From contig OX597814.1 of assembly GCA_951406725.2 (NCBI GenBank), positions 131,440,001 to 131,504,000 of the forward strand: a stretch of 64,000 bases of DNA, read 5' to 3'. Positions within the stretch are counted from its first letter, which is position 1. The number at the start of each line of letters is the position of its first letter. This DNA is from Octopus vulgaris. Taxonomy: Eukaryota. The notes beneath the pieces were generated by a model. That model had not been told where the DNA came from and ran no database searches. It was given only the letters and a program-made list of their open reading frames with translations. Below, piece after piece: positions 12,193 to 24,971 of the stretch. The translations under genes and the position numbers were made by a program.

Positions 12193-12904
12193 CCTATTCT
12201 TTATTCTACTCTCGTTGCTTTTATTCATTCTGCTCCCTTCTGTTCTTCCTCACTCAACCAAATCTTTCTTCCCCCTCTCACTTGTCCTTCTCTTCTCTCC
12301 TCCCACTTTCACTCGACCGTATTTCCCCCCCATATCTCACTCGAACCTTTATTCCTTCCCTCTCACTCAACTCTGCCTCCTTTTCCTTGTACTGAAAAAC
12401 CCTCCGTTTCCCTACTATCAACGAATCCTGATTTCCTCCTCTATTTCTCTTGCAACCCTATTTGTTCCCCCCCCCCCCGCGTCAATCTTCTCTTACTTCC
12501 TCTTCTCTCTCCCAGCCATCTTTTTACTTATCTCAACTCTGACTTTTCCCCTCTTTATTTTTACTCTGTCCCGTCTTTTCCCTTCTATCTCTTGTCGAAT
12601 AGTGGTGGTGGTGGTGGTGGGGGACCTTATCCTTTCTATCCCTCCATCATGTCAGGAGTACGTTTCTCTTCATACTTCACACTTTTCACTCCGCTTTCAG
12701 TTTCCTCTCCCCATTCATTCACTTCGTAGTTTTAACCGTATCTCTCTCTTACTTTTGTATCTCACCCTCTCTCGTGCATTTCTATTAGTTTTCTCTCTCG
12801 TTTTCTTCCCAAATTATTTGTACACACACTCGTGCGCACTTTTCTTCCTTACTTTATACACACATGCATAAACATTTATCATCTTTTTCGACACATACTC
12901 CTCT

Positions 12905-12941
<37 letters not shown>

Positions 12942-13352
12942 CTGCGCCTTCAGCCTCACTTGTACGTATGCATACGCACGTTTGTATCCGCATTCATACA
13001 CACTCTTCACAGGCATGCATCTTTCTCCTATAAATTAAAGGGGAAAAAAAAATTCTGTTTGTTTCCCCTTGTGACACATTCCAAGGAATGCGAAAGAACA
13101 TACTGCATCTTTTGAATGAGGAGTTTTTAACTGTTTCTATTAGAGACGAGGAAATATGTTGGTATCGAGTTGAAATAAAAATTGCTCGACCAAGACTCGA
13201 AACTGTCGCGCGCGCGTGTGTACACACACACACACACACAACTTTCGTGTAGTTTCTGCCATTGTACAGTTCATTTTCACATTTCGTGAATGCCGCTACA
13301 CCACAATTTTTTTCTCTATCTTTTTTTTTTTTCACAAAAGAAACAAATTCAG

Positions 13353-13467
13353 CAAGAACGGGAATTTTTACTCCAGTGGTTCCTTGGATAGGAGGTCACG
13401 ATCTACACCGAGTCGTAATATTATCGTTGTGAGAACTGCTGAGACCCCAAAAGTCTTTCACTTTTGA
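13353..13467 (+). CDS. Candidate + strand exon (KNGNFYSSGSLDRRSRSTPSRNIIVVRTAETPKVFHF*)
   Basis: Poly-T tract then aattcag| at 13352; protein-like composition; possible internal donors at 13395 and 13429. Confidence 0.25.
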
Positions 13468-14209
13468 CATGTTAAGGCAAAATGTTATACATTCATGAAT
13501 GAGTGTTATACTAGAGGCAGGGAACCTTTTTATGGCGATACGTTCTTGAATGAACGTTACAGAGGCAAGGAACCATTTTATAGTGACAGTACCGCACGAA
13601 AGTCGTCATCAAAACAACTGCATACCAAACATATTTTTTATATTGCTAAAACCTAATAAAATCATTCATAAAAAATTTTAAAAAATGAAAACTCAAAATT
13701 ATAGTAATGCGGTTTTGGTATAATCAATCAACCAATTATTTTTATAACTCATAATTTCTCCAGATTTCTGTTTTGGAATAACTTGAACAATTACTATAGA
13801 TATAGATATAAACAGGTGTTTCTAAAATTTGCTATTAGTTTCATACACAAGCATTAAATAAAATTAAAGCAGCGAAAATATATTCAAACATTGTACTGCT
13901 TTCTGAAGACTTACACTTAGTTCTTAAAACCACATGTGGCCTAAGGGTGACCGGTAATAAAGTCACAATTTTGACTAGGAAAAAAGTCACAATTAATTTA
14001 GGGATCCGAACGAAACCGCACCTAGGACCCCCCACCCCGACAAAACACTTGTGACTTTTTTTTTTTTTTTTTTTACCTGGATTCGACCTAAGGCTGCAGG
14101 TCATCTCACTGCTTACTGTACATATAGCAGCTACAACTGCATTTGGTAGCACACGAAATTGAGGAATATTTCTCCAAGAAAAGTATAAAATGTTTAGTAT
14201 CCAATTATA

Positions 14210-14400
14210 CATCATCATCGTCATTTAACTGCCATCTTTCATGCTGGCATGGGTTGGATGGTTTGACTGGATCCAATAGGTCCAAAGACCACATTGTGCT
14301 CCCGTGTATGCTTTGACATGGTTTCTATGGCTTGGTGCCCTTCCTAATGCCAACCACTTATCCAAAGTGTGCTGGGCACTTTTTCGTACCACTGACTCTG
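14210..14400 (-). mobile_element. RTE-related SINE-like repeat
   Basis: catcatcatcgtcatttaac...catgctggcatgggttgga...gcccttcctaatgccaaccac, shared with 15567-15830. Confidence 0.7.
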
Positions 14401-15566
14401 GTGAGATTTGCCATGCTGCTCACAAGACTGCAACACCCAGACTGGGGTAGGAACCTTCTGTGAAAAGATGAAGGGTTAAAATATGAATGAAGGGAAGAAG
14501 AAAGAGAACCCTTTTGGAAAATTACATTTTATTTAAACAAAAAAAAAAAGTCACAGAGGACTACTGATCTACCAAAATGTGTCGAGAGAGTAAAAAGTTG
14601 GAAACCATGGTTGTTTTAAGCTACCAAACCTGCATCAGATCACACCATTTGATGTAATAGATAACCACTGTGTCTAAAAGAATAAAAATAGGGTGGTCAT
14701 GACTAGAAAACCTTTGATCAGGACCCTTCAAAAAAACTACAAGAAGAGAGGGTGGCGGAGAATGAAATTGAGACGTCATGTACCAGTTGACCTAACTTGG
14801 ACATGACTGTGAAAACTTGGTGTTAGGATGTATCTGTATTCTGTTCTTGGCAATAATGTGAATTCTAGTAGAGTGTTTGTTGGATGAGATCAATTTTTAA
14901 AATATCCTTGTTTTGTGATAATTGTAAAATGCAGAAGACTTGGTGGATGAGAAATATCAACTACTTATAAATCCTCTTTGCTTGCATTCACAAATTGATC
15001 ATTGCAACTGAGAGACCACCATACAATCAGCAGGAATGCGAGATATTCTCCATGTTCAATTGTTTAGTTCAAATAGAAAGGTGTCAACAGCTACAATCCA
15101 CTGCAGTGAAGCACTAAGGGATGTCAACTGTTTGAAAGCAACCATCAAGTTTATAGCTATGACTGTTGTAGCAAGCTGTGCTAGTGTGACTTGTTTCCTT
15201 AAATGAACAACTTGAGACAGCTGGTCATCATTTTAACCCCCCAAAAGAGCCCCAAATGGTCAACATGCTAGAATTATTGGACAGTCAACTAATCAGCTAA
15301 GCAGTCAGTGGTTCATTTCTTGGTCCAAACACCATAACTTGATTGGCTCTCTGTTCTTCTTCAGTAATTAGTAGATTAACTAGAGTGTTTGTGTGTATGA
15401 CATAATAAAAAGACTGTCAGTATGACACCTTAAAATACTACACAAAATGCAATTTGTATAGGCCATGTGCTCAGAGCGTACAGACACAAGGTGGGTTATT
15501 AAAACTTGTCTAGTCTACATATCCAAAGCATGAAACTAGTAGTAACATGTAAGTGTATATTGTGTA

Positions 15567-15830
15567 CATCATCATCGTCATTTAACGTCTGCTTTCCATG
15601 CTAGCATGGGTTGGACGATTTGACTGAGGACTGGCTAACCAGATGGCTGCTCCAATCTGATCTGGCAGAGTTTCTACAGCTGGATGCCCTTCCTAACGCC
15701 AACCACTCCGAGAATGTAGTGGGTGCTTTTACGTGCCACCGACACAAGGGCCAGTCTGGCCATGCTCAAAATTATGTTTTTTACGTGCCACCTACACAGG
15801 AGTTAGTCCAGCGGCACTGGCAATAACACC
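15567..15830 (-). mobile_element. RTE-related SINE-like repeat
   Basis: Minus strand GTGGTTGGCGTTAGGAAGGGCATCCAGCTGTAGAAAC with a (GAT)n tail. Confidence 0.75.
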
Positions 15831-16174
15831 GCTCGTGCAACAAATAATAAAATGTATTCCTGGTAGATGTTGAACACTGTTGTAGAAAGACTGCATCTCT
15901 GGCGTACACCAACTACAGATAGAACAGTGTTTAGCTTCCATTTCTTTTCATGGAGTTCAGATAAAGGATTTCAAAGTTAATGCATTTGAGTGAAACAGTG
16001 AATAGTGCAGATAGGTAAATACATATCTGTTGTATATCAACTGGAGAAAACTGGTCGTTTCACTTACATTTACTTTTCCCTTGGGAATATTTCTACAGCT
16101 ATTGTTTTTTTTCTCCCTTCAAGTCCTTGCTATCATTTTTATTAGCCTCTACTCTCTTTCACACTATCATTAAT

Positions 16175-16388
16175 CATATTGGCTTCAAATTTATTTCGGG
16201 ACGGGGAGGGGGGGGGGGGGCTAGTTTGATTACATCGACCCCAGTGTTCAACTGGTACTTGGTTCATAGATCCTGAAAAGATGAAAGTTAAAGTTGACCT
16301 CAGCTGTATTTGAACTCGGAACCTACAGACGTGAAATACCGCTAAGCATTTTGTCCAGTGTGCTAACAATTCTGCCAGCTTGCTGCCC
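16175..16388 (-). mobile_element. SINE family C (Nin/Deu-domain-like)
   Basis: Homologous to 20343-20766; head GCTGGCAGAATTGTTAGCACAC. Confidence 0.75.
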
Positions 16389-16447
16389 TTCAACCAGTTA
16401 TAATATAACGAATGCGGGAGCCTTTATATGGTTGATTATGCTGCTGA

Positions 16448-16788
16448 GACCCCCTTCGGTCATGGTTGACCGTGGGATTGCACCTAGAAAGTTACCCTCC
16501 CAGACACAAGTCCGGACAAGGTTGTTTATGGAAGACCAGCAGTCGCCCATGCATACAGGCCTTCCCTCTCCTTCCTTGGCACTAGTGCTATCCAAGGGAA
16601 AGGCAACGGCTGATACAGCTTGGCACCTGTAACGTCGCAACTCATTTCTACAGCTGAGTGAACTGGAGCAACGTGAAATAAAGTGTCTTGCTCAAGAACA
16701 CAACATGCAACCCGGTCCGGGATTCGAACTCACTACCTCACGATTGTAAGCTCGACGCTCTAAACCATTGAGCCATGCGCCTTCACAT
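16448..16788 (-). mobile_element. SINE family B (tRNA head plus CORE), near full length
   Basis: Minus strand GAAGGCGCATGGCTCAATGG (A box), GAGTTCGAATCC (B box), then GTGTTCTTGAGCAAGACACTTTATTTCACGTTGCTCCAGTTCACTCAGCTGTAGAAATGAGT. Confidence 0.85.
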
Positions 16789-17029
16789 GGTTGATTAATG
16801 TGCTAGAAATAACATCTCCCCAAATTTCTTCAAATGAAGGTCATTGAATAATGTGATCCCTAGATGTGCCATGTCTGAATATAAGATACGTAAGGTGGCC
16901 GTGACTGGAGTACCTTTGATCAAAGATTTACTTGATCAAGACTGACCTGGGGCTAAATAGCAACTGCAACTAATAATTAATAATCATCTTTGGTACCACC
17001 CCCTTTCCTGCTATTTCCGATGGCGTCAC

Positions 17030-17765
17030 AGCTGTCATCATCATCATCATCATCATTTGAGTCATTCCTGTTTCCTCTCATCCTTACCCTCATTATCATC
17101 ATCATCATCATCATGGTCACCACCACCACCACCACCACCACCAAAAACAATAATAATATTAACACGTCTTCCTTACTAGTCATTCTCAGCACCACCACCA
17201 CCACCACTACCACCAGCATTCTTTAGTGGCGTTCACTCACATTTCGTCCTATCACCGCGCATCACTTCTAAACATTATCAAGAAGTCTCTTCCCCCCCCC
17301 CTCCCTCTCTCTTCCCACCATTATTACCTCCAATAGCATCACCGCCCCGACTCCCCCCTTCTCCCCGCGCTTATTGCCACCGTTGACTTCTCTGGTTCTT
17401 TTACCTCCACCTGCACCCTACCTACCTACCTACCTACCTACCTACCTACCTACCATCGCCAGCATCACATCAGCCCTAAACTACGATTTCTACCTTCAAA
17501 TCATCATCATCATCATCATCATCATAATATCCATCGTTTATTACTCATTCCCATCCATTCACCACCGACGCTGCCGCCACCCTTACCCTTAGAAATGCTA
17601 CTAATCATCACCATCATCATCACCATCATCATCATTATCATCATCACTATCATCTATCACTCGTTCTCCTTTCATTATCCCCCACACTCCTATCACACCA
17701 CTTCATCTTTCCACTGCTGTTGCTGTTACTACCACTACTACTACTACTATTACTACTACTATAAT

Positions 17766-17796
<31 letters not shown>

Positions 17797-18070
17797 GCTG
17801 CTACTACTACTACTACCATCACTAACATCACCCTACTATTGCAATCCCCGACACTACCACCATAACTCCAAGTACCACTACACCGACGACCACTAGAATT
17901 ACTACTACTACTACTACTACTACTACTACCACTACTACTACTACTACTACCACCAACACCACCACTATTACAACTCCCGCCACCACTGCCACCGTTACTA
18001 CTAAAACTACCACCATCACTACCACCGCTGCCACCATTAATATTACTACAACTTCCGCTGTCACCACCAC
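17030..18070. repeat. Compound trinucleotide tract (CAT/CAC/TAC)n
   Basis: Seen directly. Confidence 0.9.
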
Positions 18071-18123
18071 CGCATTTAATGCTTTCTTTCCCCCCACTTT
18101 CTTCATTCCTACATTCCCAGTAG

Positions 18124-18165
18124 ATAGGAAGTTTTACCGCTGTAAAAAGCATTAAGAGATTAGAA
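18124..18165 (+). CDS. Candidate 42-nt phase-0 cassette exon (IGSFTAVKSIKRLE)
   Basis: About 220 nt without AG, then cccagtag|ATAGGA...TTAGAA|gtatgt; only one open frame; NAGNAG acceptor; TGCATG at 18232-18237. Confidence 0.45.
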
Positions 18166-18366
18166 GTATGTTAACTGGACCCTAACGTATGCTTCGGGGT
18201 CCTTGGCTTCTGACTCTCTCTCTTCACTCATTGCATGTCTGTCTGCCTTGGTGGTGGATTCAGGAAGAAAAACTGAAAAGAGTGAAATGGGGGAAAGAGA
18301 CACAATGATTTATTTTAATTACCGTCGTAAACCTCTCCCCGCACCTCCTTCTTTAATTTAATGAAT

Positions 18367-18517
18367 TGTGTGGTAAGTAGCTTGTTTACCAACTGCATGG
18401 TTCCGGGTTCAGTCCCACTGCGTGGCACCTTGGGCAAGTGTCTTCTACTATAGCCTCGGGTCGACCAAAACCTTGTGAGTGGATTTGGTAGACGGAAACT
18501 GAAAGAAGCCCGTCGTA

Positions 18518-18579
<62 letters not shown>

Positions 18580-18800
18580 TGTGTGTGTTTGTGAGTCTGT
18601 GTTTGTCCCCCTAGCATTGCTTGACAACCGATGCTGGTGTGTTTATGTCCCCGTTACCTAGCGGTTCGGCAAAAGAGACCGATAGAATAAGTACTGGGCT
18701 TATAAAAGAATAAGTCCCGGGGTCGAGTTGCTCGATTAAAGGTGGTGCTCCAGCATGGCCGCAGTCAAATGACTGAAACAAGTAAAAGAGTAAAAAGAGA
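18367..18800 (+). mobile_element. SINE family A, near full length with long (TA)n
   Basis: Close to family consensus; a head-only copy follows at about 18899-19050. Confidence 0.9.
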
Positions 18801-19170
18801 GAGAGAGAGAGATGTATGCCACGAACGATCGCGATGATGATCGTAATTGTGATGATATCGGTCATGATACTGATGTGGTAAGCATTCCATACACACTCTG
18901 GCTGTGTGGTAAGTAGCTTTTCTTACCAACCACATGGTTCCGGGTTCAGTCCCACTGCGTGGCACCTTGAGTAAGTGTCTTCTACTATAGCCTCGGGCTG
19001 ACCAAAGCCTTGTGAGTGGATTTGGTAGACGGAAACTGAGAGAAGTCCCGTTGTATACATTTATATATAGGCATTCTGGAGCACTGGAGTCGAGTCGATG
19101 TAATCGACTAACACCCTTTTCCCAAATTTCAGGCCGTTTGTGTTTAGTAGAAAGATTGTTGTTGTTGTTG

Positions 19171-19701
19171 AGTGACATATGTACATATCGTCAGTCACCT
19201 ACGGACATGCTCAACTAGTTAAAGTCAAACAACTGACAAAAAAATCTGTGGCATTGAGCAAGAATGTTTACTGTAGCCCATCTTTTATTCCAAAACACCA
19301 TAACACTTCCAATCAGTTAAGAACGGAAACCATGAGAGCCAGTGCCTGGTACTGCATCAGAGCATTTATTATTATTATTGAATGAGAGAGCAACGTATGC
19401 CATCAAAGTGACACTTGGGTAAAATATACGAAGCCCAGTATACCCGTCATGACTACCAGTCTGACAAGGGTACAAACATATGGGCGCGACATAGTGATCT
19501 CATAACAGCGCATGACCTTGCAGGTGGGGCCCAGTTAGACTTTTCTTCAGGTCGAGTAGCCCATCCCACTCAAAAGGTCCCTGAATAAGGATTATTTAAG
19601 GATGATGAACAAAACACCCATGTTTCCAAAGGTGAATTATCCAAACCCCCCAACATCCCTCTCGGCACATGGCTATGATGTTCTCCCACTACTTCAGCTT
19701 G
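19171..19701. mobile_element. (ATT)n-anchored ~545-bp element, two halves in permuted order
   Basis: 19171-19364 matches 21191-21397; 19383-19701 matches 20855-21191. Confidence 0.75.
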
Positions 19702-19797
19702 GAGGAGCAGAGGCCATTATGGAAAGGGTTATTGTGTGTTTGCTACTATTCTATCTCCTCTTTCCCCCTTTTCTTCTTTCTCTCTGTTTTCTCTAGC

Positions 19798-19836
<39 letters not shown>

Positions 19837-20342
19837 CTCTCTCTCTCTCTCTTCTCCTTCTCCCTCTTCGTCACCTCTGATAATGCTATTAATGATGACA
19901 TACAATAGTTTCATGTTAGCATCTGTTGCACCACTTGGTGTATTCGATGCTCCTTCTACTGGGAGTGTACAGAAATGTGTATGTATGCTACATCTGTTTT
20001 GCTTTGTTATGGGATTTGATTGGTTGTTTCCGGTTGTTATATATTTATTTATTTATTTTGGTGAGGGAGGTGTTCCTCCATCTGGTAGTTGAGTAGTACA
20101 CGAGTTATTTTGTTGCGTGTTGATTTTATTTGAAATGCGTTGTGTGAGATGTTGTTTGGTGATTTGACAAGATTATATTACTGCTTGGGTTGTGTTATAT
20201 TATTTGGTGGTTATTGGCGCTGACTTTGCCTTTCATCCTTTCGGGGTCGATAAACTAAGTACCAGTTGCGTACTGGAGTCGATCTAATCGATTGGGCCCC
20301 CCTCCCCCAAAATTTCGAGCCTTCTAATATATGTTGGTAGTA

Positions 20343-20766
20343 AGGTGGCAAGCTGTCAGAATCATTAACGCCGGGCGAAATGCTTAGCGGTATTTCGTTT
20401 GCCGCTACGGTCTGAATTCAAATTCCGCTGAGGTCGACTTTGTCTTTCATCCTTTCGAGGTCGATAAATTAAGTACCAGTTATGCACTGGGGTCGATGTA
20501 ATCGACTTGATCCCTTTGTCTGTCCCCTCTATGTTTAGCCCCTTGTGTGCAATAAAGAAATAAGAATCGTTAACACGCCAGGCGAAATGCTTAGCGGTAT
20601 TTCGTCTTCCGCTACGTTCCGAGTTCAAATTCCGCCGAGATCGACTTTGCCTTTCAGTCTTTCGGGGGTATTTATAAATTAAGCACCATTGAAACATTTG
20701 GGTCGATATAATAGACTAGGCCCCCCCCGCCCCCAAATTTTGGGCCTTGTGCCATTAGTAGAAAGG
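20343..20766 (+). mobile_element. SINE family C dimer (Nin/Deu-like) ending in (ATT)n
   Basis: GGTCGACTTTGTCTTTCATCCTTTCGAGGTCGATAAATTAAGTACCAG resembles the Nin domain; two units; a fragment precedes at about 20220-20325. Confidence 0.85.
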
Positions 20767-20804
20767 ATTATTATTATTATTATTACTATTATTATTATTA
20801 TTAC

Positions 20805-20852
<48 letters not shown>

Positions 20853-20854
20853 CA

Positions 20855-21397
20855 TGAGAGAGCAGTGCATGCCATCAAAGTGACACTGGGGTAAAATATA
20901 CGAAGTCCAGTATACCCATCATGACTACCCGTCTGATAAGGGCACATGCATCACAACTATATGTGCGCGACATGGTGATCTCATATCAAGATAAACAGCA
21001 CATGACCTTGCAGGTGGGGCCCAGTTAGAATTTTCTTCTGGTCGAGTAGCCCATCCCGTTCGAAAGGTCCCTGAATAAGGATAGTTTAAGAATGTTGAAC
21101 GAAACACCCATGTTTCCAAAGGTGAATTATCTAAACCTCCAAGAATTCCTTTCAACACACGGGCATGATGCTCTCCCACTACTTCTGCTTGTGATCAGAG
21201 ATGCACATATAACCAGCCACTAAGGGACATGGTCAACTGGTTATGGTCAAACAACTGACAAGCAAATCTGTGGTATTGAGCAGAATATTTGCTGTAGCCC
21301 ATCTTTTATACCAAGACAAAACAATGTACGTAATAACACTTCCAATCAGTTAAGATCAGAAGCCATGAGAGCCACTGACTGGTACTGCATCAGGGCA
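20855..21397. mobile_element. (ATT)n-anchored ~545-bp non-coding element
   Basis: Flanked by (ATT)n at 20767-20852 and by att/gtt repeats after 21397; second copy at 19171-19701. Confidence 0.75.
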
Positions 21398-22252
21398 ATT
21401 ATTGTTGTTGTTGATGATGATGAGTAGAAAATAGTGGTATAGCAAGCGTCAAATTAATCAAACAATCCCATTTCCTATATATGTCTCTGTGCCAGTGTTA
21501 CAAACCTTCTATTGGAATGATTTGGGGTGAGTAAAAACAAACAAACACAGGCCTTGTGGCATTTAGTTACGTCTCTCCACATCCTGAGTTCAAACTTCAT
21601 TGAAGTTGACTTGGGACTTTTATCATTTCTAAGGTGGGATCGATAATCCTATTATTGAGTTCCGTTTAATCGATTATACGATTTCTTTTTCCTGGTACAG
21701 TCGTCGTCATCATCATCACTATAGTCGTCGTCGTCATCATTATCCTTTTGCTTCTCATTTTCCACTATTGTCGTTTAATCCCAGGTGAATCCCTATCGGG
21801 TAGAATTTTGGTCGAAGGCATATCACCCATGACCATCTCAGTCTTCTAGGGGATATTCTAGGACTATATAGTTTGATGCCCTTTAATTGTTTAAGACAGC
21901 GGTTCCCAAACTGGAGTCTTCAGATCCCTTAAGACCCACAAAGAACGTATTGATATTCCATGAACTGAGTTGGGTATAGAGGGACAGATCTTTCGAAATA
22001 ATAACCGGGGTTTTTGTCTAAATGTCAGGTCAAGTATGGTGCATCCATTATTTATTAGTATTTGCTCGAGTGGTCCACTGGCAACCCTACGACTAGTATC
22101 CCAGTAACTGCCCATCACTGCGAGTTACTTCCTCATCAGCCGTGACCATGTGGCTTGTGGCCGACCAGCACGAACCGTCGACCCCCAGCAGGATCCTCAA
22201 AGAAGAGAACACGATATGCAGAACCACCTCTGAAAATCGAGCAACGACTGTA

Positions 22253-22607
22253 GGCGCAGGAGTGGCTGCGTGGTAAGTAGCTTGCTTACCAACCACATGG
22301 TACCTTGGGCTAGCGTCAACTGTAGCTTCGGGCCGACCAAAGCCTTGTGAGTGGATTTGGTAGACGGAAACTGAATGAAGCCCGTCGTATATATATATAT
22401 ATATATATATACATATGTGTGTGTGTGTGTGTGTGTTTGCCCCCCCCCCCCATCACTTGACAACCGGTGCTGGTGTGTTTACGTGCCCGTAACTTAGCGA
22501 TAGAATAAATACTAGGCTTACAAAGAATAAGTCCTGAGGTCGATTTATTCGACTAAAAGCGGTGCTCCAGCATGGCTGCAATCAAATGACTGAAACAAAT
22601 AAAAGAG
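22253..22607 (+). mobile_element. SINE family A with internal deletions
   Basis: Head GGCGCAGGAGTGGCTGCGTGG through tail; B-box region deleted. Confidence 0.88.
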
Positions 22608-23179
22608 AACCAGTTTGAGCTGACACTTCCGAATCATACAAAATAACTGGATGCATTCCAGTTTCTGCACATAGTCATCAGTCGGATACAAAATCCGATT
22701 AAGGGGCCAGCAGAAAATTTCATTTAAAAAAAAAGCTTCGAACTACTGCAGTAAGTTATGAATTGAGGGAAATTTGACATCTATTTCGTGCAAGACAAAC
22801 AACTACATAGAGACGTCTGAACTGGCTAAATTTTGCTCTAGTTTATTATATAGTTGCTGACTAGGTTGGTTTTACTTTCTCTTCGTTTAACTTATTTTTC
22901 CTCTTTCATTTATTACACACACATTTTGCTTCGCTCTCATCAAACTTGCTTTTCGGCTTTTGTATGAACTGGTTGACAGCTTATAGCACACTAAACGATT
23001 TCACTAGTCAAAAAGATACTCTATCTACCAACCTTAAGTCAAACCAATACACATTTTAAGTGCTTACTGTACGGTGGCATAATTAATTTTACTCTGGTGT
23101 AAATTGATTTTCTTTGGTTTACCCCCACCACCACCACCACCACTGTCTTCGAATTTATGTACATATCTATGTATGTGTG

Positions 23180-23190
23180 TCATATCTTAT

Positions 23191-23246
<56 letters not shown>

Positions 23247-23388
23247 AGATATATATACATGCATGGATATATATATAATGTTAGTATATATATATGTATA
23301 TATTTGTAAATATGCATATATAATGTATGTATATATGTATGTATATATATATATATATATATATATACATTGTATATATATGTGTGTG

Positions 23389-23423
<35 letters not shown>

Positions 23424-23700
23424 TGTATGTTTATATGCATATATATATGTATATATATATATGTATGTTTATATGCATATATGTATATATATAATGTATG
23501 TTTATATGCATATATGTATATATATATATAATGTATGTTTATATGCATATATGTATATATATATAATGTATGTTTATATGCATATATGTATATATATAAT
23601 GTATGTTTATATGCATATATGTATATATATATATATGTATGTATATATATATGTATATATGTATGTTTATATTTGTATATATAGATGTATGTGTATGTGG
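23180..23700. repeat. (TA)n-derived compound micro/minisatellite
   Basis: Recurrent unit atgtatgtttatatgcatatatgtatatatat. Confidence 0.9.
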
Positions 23701-24645
23701 GTTTATGCGTGTAGATAGAGTTGTTCACGTTTGACTACATATAAATATTTGTATATGTTAACATACATGTGTGTACATATGCAGACTCATAACTGTATAT
23801 GTATACACGCACGCACGCACTCATACACACCCATTGATGCGAATTCTCTTTTAGTAATATCGATTCGAATTTATTCAGTTCCTCTCTTAGTCAGAAACAA
23901 GCACGTGACACACACACACAAACACACTGTCTGTCTGTCTGTCTCTCTCTTACCCACACACACACTCACATACATGCACACGTCTGTACAAAATTGCATG
24001 CTTATGTAGGCATTTATTGTAAATTAGATTATTTTAATGATAATGATGGGTGATGGTTGGTGTTGATATATTTGTGTGTAACTTTTACACACACACACAC
24101 ACACAATATATATATATATATATATAAAATATAATATAATATAATATAATATAATGTAATATGCATGCATACACGTGTCCCTTGAGAAATGTATATCATT
24201 CATCTGTAAACACGTTCGTTTAAACGAACATAAGCATACAACCATGTGTAAACGGCCCCGCATGTGCACTCACTGACACACACACACACACACAAGAGTC
24301 TGTAATGAGAACAGTAAAAATATGCAAGTCATCTCTTAAGTTGGAAATGTGAATTTATTTTTGTTATCTGCATTCCAACGGAGCTTTGTATCTTTGTTGG
24401 AATCTAGGTTTGTTTGTGTGTGTGTGTGTGTGTGTGTTCAAAGAATATTTGGAATTTTTTTTTTTTTTTTTTTTATCTAAGAGCCTGACATCGTTTTATG
24501 AAACACAAAGTAGAGCAGGCCGTTCCAACTCGCTACTTAATAGATACATTTCCGAAGAGAGGGTCTGGAAGTAAATGTAGAATAATGGTGCCGCCCCAAT
24601 ATGGTCGCAGCCTCTGGCTGAAACTAATCCGTGTGTGTGTGTATG

Positions 24646-24685
<40 letters not shown>

Positions 24686-24693
<8 letters not shown>

Positions 24694-24795
24694 ACCGACC
24701 AGACCATCAGATGTTGCAACACATCGCTGGTCACAATGCGTTCGCATTGTTTTAGCCTTCGAATGACGCCACCCCGCTGGCTAAGCGAGCAGGCA
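24686..24795 (-). mobile_element. SINE family D tail fragment between (TA)n tracts
   Basis: Reverse complement of 58584-58690. Confidence 0.8.
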
Positions 24796-24971
24796 TATAT
24801 ATATATATATATCAGTAGTTGAATGAATTATCTTAGTATGGATAGTTCGGTTAACCGATACCTGGGTAGCAAATTCACGTCAGAAAAACACGGTTGAAGC
24901 TACATGCCGAGGGCATAGATCACGTGCTTTCGTGTGGAAATTTGTGTGTTTTTTTTTAATACAAATAAATG

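Noticed and set aside
11315-12871. Long ORFs of 261, 190 and 218 aa
   Set aside because: They are translations of (TATC)n and pyrimidine tracts that lack stop codons by composition.
16700-16788. tRNA-like sequences (also 31180 and 58391)
   Set aside because: They continue directly into SINE bodies, so they are SINE heads and not tRNA genes.
21897-22130. hAT-like terminus CAGCGGTTCCCAAAC; also a mariner-like end near 4132
   Set aside because: No matching second TIR or TSD could be verified.
23104-23728. ORFs of 204 and 182 aa (YI/MY repeats); similar ORFs at 33814-34204 and 59753-60612
   Set aside because: Microsatellite artefacts.
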